Source: Lytechinus pictus
Taxonomy: Eukaryota
DNA: 64,000 nt
Direction: 5' to 3'
NCBI RefSeq assembly: GCF_037042905.1
Contig: NC_087245.1
Coordinates: 39,186,001-39,250,000, forward strand
The notes under the pieces were generated by a model. That model had not been told where the DNA came from, searched no databases, and saw only the letters and a list, made by a program, of their open reading frames with translations. This document shows, in pieces, positions 50,970 to 60,420 of the stretch; position 1 is the stretch's first letter, and every line of letters begins with the position of its first letter. Made by a program: the position numbers and the translations under genes.

Positions 50970-53900
50970 TTATTCTTTTTGGAAGCGTTTCGTTCTTTGA
51001 ACGAAACGAACCAGTGCATTTTGTACACCAGGGTCCCAAGATTTCAGGAGCCTAAGGATTTCCTCGGGATCGGAGATGTCTGCCTCGACAAGAAGCATCG
51101 ACCTTTCAATTATATATTTAGGGCATTTTACGATGTAGTGTTCAATTGTTTCTTTCTCCAGACATGAATTGCACTGTCCCGTTGGGTGTATTTTCATTCG
51201 CCAGAGATCTTCATTTAGTCCTATATGACCTAATCGGAGTCGACGAAATATTTTTTCTCTTGCTCGTTCTAATGAGCAAGTCGGTGTTTGTAAGACCGAT
51301 TTTTGGATTACTTTATAGTGGGTATTAGGGGAGTTTTGCCATCTGGACTGCCATTGATTAAAAGAAATTATCTTTAAAATGTTATTCACTTCGGACGTGC
51401 ATAAGTAATTTGTTATTTCTATGGGTTTATTGAGAGCTGCTTTGGCATGAAAATCGGCTCGTTCATTACCCATTATTCCACAGTGGGAGGGGATCCATTC
51501 AAAACTAACATCAATATTTTTAAATTTTAGATGGGACAAACTTAATAGTATTTCTGAAATGAAATTTTCTTCTTTGTTATTCTTTAATGCCAGTAAAGCA
51601 CTTAAGGAGTCTGTGAAAATAACAGTACCTACATAGATGTTATCTAACTGATGTAGCCAATTAAGGGCCAGCATGATACCTGCCAGTTCGGTTCTGTAAA
51701 TAGAAGTACCATCTGACAATCTCTTTGATTGTTGATAAGAGAATGCTGGAACGCAAAATGCTGCAGAACTGCGCCTTTCCTTGGGTGTTTTGGATCCATC
51801 AGTAAAAATGTGGAGCTGATTATTCCATTTCGTATTAATAAATTCTAAGCTTGTTTGTAGCAAAAATAATGGATTATCTGATTTACTTACCTTGTTTGTC
51901 AGTTCCGTTGATATAACTGGTTCCGTTATTAGCCAAGGGGGAAAATTTGTGGGTTTAAATTTTTCTATACATAAGTGATTATTCGAATTTGCTGTTCGAT
52001 ACCCGAAAGGTTTATTGCAATTCTTACCTTCCATATACTGATATTGCCAGCAAGGTTGTAAGCTTGAGAACAAAGGATGCTTAGGTTGAAGTTCTATACT
52101 ATGTTTGAATTTATGAGCTAGCTGTTGTCTTCTGAGATCTAGTGGAGTTTCTCCCATTTCTACTTGTAGAGAAGCTAAAGAGGTAAGTGGAAGTGCACCT
52201 GCACATATCCTTAAAGATTGGTATTGTATTGAGTCTAAAGTTTTCTTAACACTTTCTGAAGCACTATCATATGCCTCACATCCGTAGTCCAGGAGTGATC
52301 GAATATAGGATCTATATATCATCAATAGAGACTTAGAAGAGCTTCCCCATGACGTACCAGTTAAACATCTGAGGATATTCATTTTTTTCTTACATCTGGT
52401 TGCAATGCTCTCTATATGTTGAGTCCAGGTAAGTTTCTTATCAAAAATTATTCCTAAAAAGCGATGCGAATCTTCACATTTTAAAGGTATGCTATTTATA
52501 GTAAGATTTAACTCAGATAATTTTCTGCTCTTAGTAAAAAGTATGGGGACAGTCTTCTTTTGGGAAAGCTGGAGGCCCCATGAGGAGAACCAATCATATA
52601 GAACATTTAGATAATTTTGTATTTTCTTGGTAATGAAAGGGATGTTGCTGCCAGAGATCCATATTGCACAATCATCGGCATACAGTGAAATTTTAATCGA
52701 GGGATCTGTAGGGATATCATGTAACATAATGTTAAAAAGTGTGGGACTGAGAATACTACCTTGGGGGAGACCTCTATCCATCTTGAATTCTTTTGATAAT
52801 TGCTTATCAACACGTACTTCATAAGTGCGGTCTTTCAAAAAGTTGTGGAGAAAACTAAGCAGGTTACCTTGTATACCTATTTCATTCAATTTATGAATTA
52901 TGCCTTCTATCCATATCGTATCATATGCTTTATTTATATCCAAAAAGATAGCTAATGTATGTTCCTTGTTATTTATACTCTTTTGAATGTCGTTCTCAAG
53001 GTTCACTATACTATCTATGACACTCCGGTTTCTTCTGAAACCGTTCATGAAGGATGGTAATATTTCATGTTTTTCAAGGAACCAATCGAGCCTTGACTTG
53101 ATCATGGTTTCCATAATTTTTATCAAGCATGATGATAAGGCTATGGGTCGATATGATGAGGTATCACTTGCGTTTCCATTATGTTTTAAAATTGGGATCA
53201 TTATTGAGTGCTTAAGCTGGGATGGGATTTGTTGAGATTCCAAAATCGAATTGAAGAGCAAAAGTAAGTACTCTTTTGCTACGAGAGGAAGGTTTTGGTA
53301 TACTATGTAAGGTATTTTATCCTTACCCGGAACAGAATTTCCTTTCTTTTCGATAGCTCTATTAAGTTCTGTAATACTTAATTCCTCATTCAGGACATGC
53401 GAGTTTATTTCCTCTGGTTTATAATTTTCCCTTATTTTATGTTGTTCGAAAATAGATTTCTGCTTGTTTTCAGTGAAATCCGTTGCTTTTTTGGTAAAAA
53501 TTGTGTGAAAGAATCTCCCAAACAAATCTGCCTTGTCTTGGTCGGATTGGACAATTGTGTCTTTGTCTTTCAATACTGGGATTCTCTTGGGATGGGATTG
53601 TATACCGTTAAGTCTTTTAATACACTTCCAAATAGTGGATTCTGGGACAAATCTATTAAGGTTCTTACAAAAATTATTCCAGTATTGCTGTTCACTTCGA
53701 CGGAGAATTTTCTGCGCTTCCGCCTTCTTTTTCAAAAAATTATTCAAATTTTCAATAGATATTGTTCGGTTTAATTTCCTTTTGGCTTTATTTCTCTCCT
53801 TAATTTTATCCGAACACTCTTTATTCCACCAAGGGATTGGCTTACGCTGTTGTTTTTTCTTTTTTGGGGAAATTTTATTTAACACCCCAGTGATTTTGTC

Positions 53901-54767
53901 TACAAACTTACCATATAATTCAGCTGGATTTTCTTCAGTGTTTTCTGCATGCTTAAAAACCTTTTCACATTCAACTGAAAAAAGAGCCCAGTTCATAGTT
54001 CGAAAAGGCCATCTGATATCCTCTTTTTCTTTTTGCATAAATTTATTATTATTCAGTGATTTGTCGAGAGTTATATCAATAAAAATTGGATAATGATCAC
54101 TGCCGAACTGGGTTGGCGATGTGGACCACTCGCATTTGCCAGCTAAAGAAGGTGAAGTTATTGAGAGATCTAAAGCTGATGTTTTGGCATTCCTCGGGTC
54201 CATTCTTGTGGCAGATCCATCATTCAAAAGAACCATATGTGTGTCATTAATAAGATTTTCAATAATTTTCCCATTATGGTCTGTTCTTTCACCTCCCCAC
54301 AGGGTGTTGTGAGAATTAAAATCTCCTACTATTATATAATTGCGGTGGTCTAGTATACTCGCTTTGATTTCTTTAAGTATATCATCGTTTAATTGTTTAC
54401 ATGGATTATAAAAATTAACAATTCTACAAGTAAGACCTTCAATATATATATCTAGTATTTGTAGTTCTAGGTCCGTTTCTATTGAGGGGTAGGCATATTG
54501 AATTGAATCATGAATGTATATTGCACATCCACCTCGATGTTGGAATTGTCTATTTTTGGGGATACAGGTATATTCTGGAAAGTATAAATTAATATTGTCA
54601 TTAAACCACGTTTCTTGTACACAAATAAGATGGACTATTTCATTTGCTTTATTTTTGCTACTGACAAATTTCAAGAGCTCAGCTCCATGAGCTGGTAGAC
54701 CTTGTGCGTTCCACTGAATAATGGAAAGCACGGCTAATAATGATGTAATAGAACTAGCTCTGGTCAT
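50970..54767 (-). CDS. LINE ORF2: AP endonuclease, reverse transcriptase, RNase H, CCHC finger (1265 aa)
   Basis: IIQWNAQGL, CVQETW, GDFNSH, SDHYPI (APE); YRPIAL, GLPQGSILSP, YADD (RT); IFTDGSK, FTDSLSAL, WIPSHCGIMGNERAD (RNase H); CNSC..ETIEHYIVKC. Confidence 0.96.
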   Translation of the reverse strand: MTRASSITSLLAVLSIIQWNAQGLPAHGAELLKFVSSKNKANEIVHLICVQETWFNDNINLYFPEYTCIPKNRQFQHRGGCAIYIHDSIQYAYPSIETDLELQILDIYIEGLTCRIVNFYNPCKQLNDDILKEIKASILDHRNYIIVGDFNSHNTLWGGERTDHNGKIIENLINDTHMVLLNDGSATRMDPRNAKTSALDLSITSPSLAGKCEWSTSPTQFGSDHYPIFIDITLDKSLNNNKFMQKEKEDIRWPFRTMNWALFSVECEKVFKHAENTEENPAELYGKFVDKITGVLNKISPKKKKQQRKPIPWWNKECSDKIKERNKAKRKLNRTISIENLNNFLKKKAEAQKILRRSEQQYWNNFCKNLNRFVPESTIWKCIKRLNGIQSHPKRIPVLKDKDTIVQSDQDKADLFGRFFHTIFTKKATDFTENKQKSIFEQHKIRENYKPEEINSHVLNEELSITELNRAIEKKGNSVPGKDKIPYIVYQNLPLVAKEYLLLLFNSILESQQIPSQLKHSIMIPILKHNGNASDTSSYRPIALSSCLIKIMETMIKSRLDWFLEKHEILPSFMNGFRRNRSVIDSIVNLENDIQKSINNKEHTLAIFLDINKAYDTIWIEGIIHKLNEIGIQGNLLSFLHNFLKDRTYEVRVDKQLSKEFKMDRGLPQGSILSPTLFNIMLHDIPTDPSIKISLYADDCAIWISGSNIPFITKKIQNYLNVLYDWFSSWGLQLSQKKTVPILFTKSRKLSELNLTINSIPLKCEDSHRFLGIIFDKKLTWTQHIESIATRCKKKMNILRCLTGTSWGSSSKSLLMIYRSYIRSLLDYGCEAYDSASESVKKTLDSIQYQSLRICAGALPLTSLASLQVEMGETPLDLRRQQLAHKFKHSIELQPKHPLFSSLQPCWQYQYMEGKNCNKPFGYRTANSNNHLCIEKFKPTNFPPWLITEPVISTELTNKVSKSDNPLFLLQTSLEFINTKWNNQLHIFTDGSKTPKERRSSAAFCVPAFSYQQSKRLSDGTSIYRTELAGIMLALNWLHQLDNIYVGTVIFTDSLSALLALKNNKEENFISEILLSLSHLKFKNIDVSFEWIPSHCGIMGNERADFHAKAALNKPIEITNYLCTSEVNNILKIISFNQWQSRWQNSPNTHYKVIQKSVLQTPTCSLERAREKIFRRLRLGHIGLNEDLWRMKIHPTGQCNSCLEKETIEHYIVKCPKYIIERSMLLVEADISDPEEILRLLKSWDPGVQNALVRFVQRTKRFQKE

Positions 54768-56154
54768 CTGACTGAACTGGGCCTGAGCCCCTGAGTAAAA
54801 GTCTTTCTGACGACACCTTAATTAGGTGAATGATATTCTTTTCATTTATATCTTTGTAAAAAGATTTCAATAATTCAACTATGGAAATTATCAACCTCTC
54901 ACATGCTTCTGTTGTTGGTGGCATCTCTGTTGGGGAGTTGTTCATATCATTTTCAATATCTAGACTCTGGGGGTTCAAGTATGTGCTAGATGGAACTTTC
55001 CTCGGTGCTTCGTAAGGTTGGGGTATAGATCTACTTGAAGTTTGGGTTGGGGGAGCGCTGTTGGATGGGGGAACTCTATTGGATTGGAGTTCGGAAGGCC
55101 TAATGGGTTGATGAGGCCGATGAGAGCCCTGTTGTGGGGGATCTTGGTGAACCTGTTCTGTGATTGGATTGGAGTTAGGAACAGATTGGTTTTGCCTTTC
55201 GCCCCAAACTTTCGTAGCTTGGGAGTATGTTAATTTACTTTCATACTTAATTCTCTGAACTTGCTTCGCCTTTTTTGCTTCTTTACATCCGTTGTAGGCA
55301 GCGGAGTGTGCCTCTCCACAGTTTGGGCAGCCTGGATTGTCTTTTCTTGGACATTCATTGAAAGAGTGTGGTTCTCCACATCTTACACATCTCAGTTTAG
55401 ATCTACATTGAACAACTGTGTGCCCAAACATTTGGCATCTGTAACACCTAGATACTGGCGGAATATAAAGTGCAACTTTAAATGATTGAAAACACATTGT
55501 AATATTTTCTGGTAGTTGCTTATTGAATGTTAAAATAACACTCCTAGTTGGGACGAAAACGGGTTGGTAATCGTTTTCATTATTTCCAGTTCTTTTTGAC
55601 ATCTTTCTTTTTGCTGCTATTACATTTTGGTGTTTCAATTCTTCTTCTATTTCTTTATCTGTCATATCTATAGGGATTCCTGAGATTATTCCTCTAGCGC
55701 CAACAGCTTTCTCTTGGACTTTTACCGGAATATTACCAATCGACTGGATTTGCTGTAGGCTTCGATGTTGTTTTTCGTTTTTACATTGGACTAAAATTCC
55801 AGCGTACACATGGTTGATCCGTTCAATAGGAGACAAACCAACACATTCTTTAATTGACTTCGCAATATCTTTTGGGTTTACATTCTTCAATGATTTTTTC
55901 TTGTCGATTGGGACAATTAGAGTTTTCAGATGATTGGTGCTATGAGTGAAAGTGCTGCGGTTAGGAGAGGGGGTTTTGTAGTCAGTATTTCGTGATTCAG
56001 AATCGCTGGAAGAGGAGTCCGCTCTGAGCGAGATAGATTCTACCGCCAGACTTCCTTCACGTTTGCGTTTATTTTGGCGTTTTTTATACGTGACAGTCCG
56101 GACATCCTCGTCCATGTCAAAAGGGTCGACTTCCGGGGCGGAAGTCGACGCCAT
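54754..56154 (-). CDS. LINE ORF1: gag-like nucleic-acid-binding protein with three CCHC knuckles (466 aa from first ATG)
   Basis: CYRCQMFGHTVVQC, CVRCGEPHSFNEC, CPNCGEAHSAAYNGC. The frame stays open upstream (GTG at 56196). Overlaps the ORF2 start by 14 nt. Confidence 0.92.
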   Translation of the reverse strand: MASTSAPEVDPFDMDEDVRTVTYKKRQNKRKREGSLAVESISLRADSSSSDSESRNTDYKTPSPNRSTFTHSTNHLKTLIVPIDKKKSLKNVNPKDIAKSIKECVGLSPIERINHVYAGILVQCKNEKQHRSLQQIQSIGNIPVKVQEKAVGARGIISGIPIDMTDKEIEEELKHQNVIAAKRKMSKRTGNNENDYQPVFVPTRSVILTFNKQLPENITMCFQSFKVALYIPPVSRCYRCQMFGHTVVQCRSKLRCVRCGEPHSFNECPRKDNPGCPNCGEAHSAAYNGCKEAKKAKQVQRIKYESKLTYSQATKVWGERQNQSVPNSNPITEQVHQDPPQQGSHRPHQPIRPSELQSNRVPPSNSAPPTQTSSRSIPQPYEAPRKVPSSTYLNPQSLDIENDMNNSPTEMPPTTEACERLIISIVELLKSFYKDINEKNIIHLIKVSSERLLLRGSGPVQSDDQS

Positions 56155-57734
56155 ATTGGGTGCGGTGGGAGAGGCGGGAATTTTAAATTCCGCCACGTGT
56201 GTGCGTGTATTAGTATACTAGTGTGCAGTTAAAGCCCAAATCTTAAATGCTACCTTATCTCGTAAAATCCAACTCACCCATGCAGTCTCTGAATCTCAAT
56301 TACAAGAGTATATGCACATGAAATCAACTTCCAGAAGAAAAGTAAAAAATTCTGTCAAAAGGATGAAATTTTCTCCAAAAATTGATCCGATCGGGAGAGT
56401 CACGTCAGCACGTCAGCACGTCAGCACGTCCATTTAGTAAAAGTGAGAATATAAGTGAAATAAGTACTAAAGCAATGAGGGAGTTGTACGTGCGTGACAT
56501 CACAGATCTTGGTCGCATTGCCAATGGGAGGATCTACATGGCATTAGTGATCACAATATTCAAATGCTCATAACTTTCTTATTATTCATTCAATCTTCCT
56601 CAAACTTTCAACAATATGTTTCTTTGATTTTTCTCTTTGATATGGATTCAGCTGGTTTCAAGGGTTTCATTCTCCTTTAAGTTTTATTTCTTATACAGTA
56701 CATGTGTAAAGTAGATGTCGCATAGTCACATGAATCAGTCATATACTTTAATGCCATTTAGATTTTTTTTGTAAGGTTTGTCAATCGTCATGATTCAAAT
56801 TCATGGATCTATGTCTCTAGATATTCCTTTTTTTATTACAGGAAGAGGGGCACAAGGCAGGCGCGTAGCCAGGGGGGGGGGGGGCGGTGGGGGCGGTCGC
56901 CCCCCCCAAAACGTCCCCAAAAAGAAAAAAAAGAAGGGAAAAAGAGAGGGGAAAAGGAAAAGCGAAGGAAGGAAAGGGAAGAAAGGTAGCTTTGTGGGTT
57001 TTTCTTTTTATTCTTTTTTTTTTCTCAAAAAAGAAACTCCTTCACTCTTGCTCTAAATTTATATATACATGTATGAATTTTGCTTCCGCGCTGCGCGAGG
57101 TTAAATGACAATATTGCAGTTTTCCTTTGTTTCCCTCACCCTTTCTCTAACCCTGTTTTTCCACCTCGGCTATATGTGTTTCTTGCCAGTTAAAGTTCAA
57201 ATATATACATTAAGGCATGAAATTAGAGTAAGGATAGGCCGAAGTATATGAAGTTATATTTGTTTTTTTTAATTGATCGCGCAACTTCTGGTCGGGTCGT
57301 CTCCGGGCGGGTAAAATCTTTATATCAATTTCTGCCGTCACCTCCATATAGGCAACTTCTCCCGCTTTTAAGCTCATTACTAAACAACCATAATTTGGGG
57401 GCAAACAGGTTCCTAATTTAAAAAGAGGAAGGTATAAAATTCATGTCGTATTAAATAAAAAAGTACAATATTTTTTATCAAATTCTACTAAACTTCATGG
57501 CCCGTATTCTGATAGCGTGGTTTAACTTAACCCTAGTCTAAGTGTGGTAATAAACTGCCATATTTAAACCTAGGTTTAAATTTCGTATTCCGATAGCAAG
57601 GTTTAAGTTAACCCTGGTCTAAGTGTGGTAATAAATCCTCAAAAAGTTAAACTCGCGCAGGGGGTAGTTTAAGCCTGGTTTAAATCCAACAAATCATGGC
57701 CAACAATTTTTTAGAATTTATGCCTATATTGCAT

Positions 57735-59130
57735 TTCGAGCTACTTCCTCAGTTTTTAACAGATTCTCATGAAATTTGGAACACACTTTGGTCTCAAGGT
57801 AAGGAGGTGTAAGAATTTTTTTTTCCCTTTTTCGGAAATTGTGTTGCCATGGTAACAGTATATTATGGTTCAAAATTTTGCCATTTAAAATACTTAATCA
57901 GTTTTCTACCAATTCTCAAGAAAGTTGGCTAACACATTGATTTTGAGGTAAAGATGTGCAAGACTCATTTTTGCATGTGTCGGAAATTGTGTTGCCATGG
58001 TAACGGTATAGTATGACAAAAACTAAGCATGAATCTTGCTGTTCCAACTACTTCCTCAGTTTTTAACCAATTCTCGTGAAATTTGGCACATACATTAGTC
58101 TTAATGTGAAGATGTGCAAAACATATTCAATGCCTAAAGTATATAAAAAATCGCGTTGCCATGGTAACATATCAAATATCGAAAATTAGGTGAAAAACTT
58201 GTGGTTTTAATTACTTTATAATTTTCAAACCATTTCTCATGATATTTGGCACAGACATAAGTCTTGAGGTGAAGATTTGCAAGACACATTTTTGCATGTG
58301 TTGGAAATTGTGTTGCCATGGAAACGGTATATTATGGCAAAAACTATGTAAAAATCTTGCAATTCCAACTACTTCCTAAGTTTTAACCAATTCTCATGAA
58401 ATGTGGTACAAACATTAGTCTTGATGTGAAGATGTGCAAAAAATATTTTATGTCTTTATAAAAAAAAATCATGTTGCCATGGTAACAAATCAAATATAAA
58501 AAATTAGATGAAAATCTTGTGATTTGAACTACTTTATCAGTTTCCAACTGGTCAATTCTCTTAAAAATTTGGCACATACATTAATGTTGAGGTGAAGATG
58601 TCTGACATATTTTTGCCTGTATCAGAATCGTGTTGCCATGGTAACAACATATTATATAACGAAAATAAGGTGAAAATTTTGTAGTTCGAACTCCTTCATT
58701 AGTTTTCATTTTTCAACCAATTCTTATAAAAGTTGGCTCACACATTGGTTTTGAGGTATAGATCTGCAAGACATATATTTGGGTGTATCAGAAATCGTGT
58801 TGCCATGGTAACAACATATTACATAATGAAATTAGGTGAAAATCTTGCGGTTTGAACTCCTTCATTAGTTTTCATTTTTCAACCAATTCTTATAAAAGTC
58901 GGCTCACACATTGGTTTTGAGGTATAGATCTGCAAGACATATAACTTTGTTGCCATGGTAACATCATATTAAATCAATAAATGTGTAAACACATCTCGTG
59001 GATTGAACTTCTTCATTTTATGACATAGGCCTATGCTCATGAAATTTAGAACACATAGGTTTTGAGGTAAAATAATCTGCAAGACACATTTTCTCATTCA
59101 TCAAAATATGTGTTTGTATGGTAACTACAC
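57735..59130. repeat. ~160-bp tandem repeat (about 9 units), each with a gttgccatggtaac palindrome
   Basis: Motif at 57843, 57991, 58155, 58312 (variant), 58473, 58632, 58799 and 58949; degenerate copy at ~59112. Confidence 0.9.
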
Positions 59131-59199
59131 ACACCAAAATAAGATTAAGACAATAGTCAATGCTAACTGTTGTTTGGCTACATAGAGAACTACATGTAG

Positions 59200-60420
59200 C
59201 TGTAGGCTTAGTTCTAGTTTTAAGGGGGGTGCTAGACCTCTAGATCTCGAACTACAGTCCCTAGATTTAGATCTAGGCCTAGATCTAGATTCTTTAGATC
59301 TAGTAATAATCCGTTAGATCTCTAGCCTACTTCTTTTGTCATGCCTAAGGTTAGATGAGTAGATCTACTGTAGACTAGCCTACATTTACTATTTTTCGAT
59401 TTAGAATCTAAATTGAGAGTCTACAAATCTCTAGATCTAGACCTATTATATGTAGACCTAGATTGATACAGATCTAGTTCTAGATCTAGATAGGGTCTAA
59501 GTTATTTAGTCTAGAACTAGGCCAGCGTTAGAGATTCTAGATCATACAGTAAGTCAGTAGACTAGATAGCACAGACTAACGTAAGGCCTAGATCTAAATT
59601 CTTACATAAATCTAGGCCTGGCCTAGTCTAGTCAAGACTAAGCTGTTGTTGGTCTAGGTTTAGGCCTGTTTTTTAGTCCTGGACCTGGAAACCTAAACAA
59701 GTCCCCAAAAAATATTTAAATAAAATAAAAACTCTTCAAAGAAACAGATATGGACCTAAAACAGGAGTAGAGAGATGTCATTTAGCCAGGCCTAGTTACT
59801 TGGCAAGCAATGGCAATGCATAGCGATAGTCAGATCTAACACTGTAGACAGGAATAACCGTCGTTTCTGGGGATTTATTGAAAAAATTCTGACATTTTAT
59901 TGTCATATCACATTGCCTTGGTGAGAGAGGCCAACGGCAACGTAGACTGTCATACTCATCATAGACTCAGCGGAACAATACAGAGACTGAAGCTTTTTGT
60001 CTAAGACAAATCAGATCTATTCTACTAGATTCTAACTATTAAACTAAGAATAAGGTTAGAATATAGATCTATATCTATCCCTGTCCCAAGGCTAAGCCAG
60101 CCTAATTCCTGAATGATGTTCTAGGCCTAGACCAATACTATAAATATGTATAATGTAGCTTCAGTCTCGGTTGCTCCACTAGACTACGGTTTGCTTCAGG
60201 AAAGTAAAAAAAGTCAAAACAATGTTCAATTCTCCTCCAAACAATTGGGCCTAAGCTAGATCTAACTATACTAGCCTAGGCCTAATGTTAGACCCAAGAC
60301 TACTCTCAAAAGTTACAAAAATTTCCCCTTACATAAAGTTAGAATAAAGATGTCGACCTCTTAACTTATTGTTTTAGATCTATAGGACTAGAGTCTAGAC
60401 TCTAGTCTAGAGTGGGTGAG
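59200..60420. repeat. CTAG/AGATCT/AGGCCT-rich low-complexity tract
   Basis: Dozens of tagatcta, tctaga and taggccta short palindromes. Confidence 0.7.

Larger units (their letters stand above)
49923..56437 (-). mobile_element. Full-length non-LTR retrotransposon, I group (I/Nimb-like), with RNase H
   Basis: Two intact ORFs; (CAA)n 3' tail at ~49923-49940; 7-bp TSD taaaagt (49916-49922, 56438-56444). Confidence 0.93.
49571..56676. mobile_element. Kolobok-type MITE (subfamily E) split by the LINE insertion
   Basis: ttaa|aggagaatgaaac ... gtttcattctcct|ttaa; halves 49571-49922 and 56445-56676 rejoin to ~585 bp. Confidence 0.85.

Noticed and set aside
52987..54312. Plus-strand ORFs within the LINE
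   Set aside because: Antisense shadows of ORF2 without recognisable domains.
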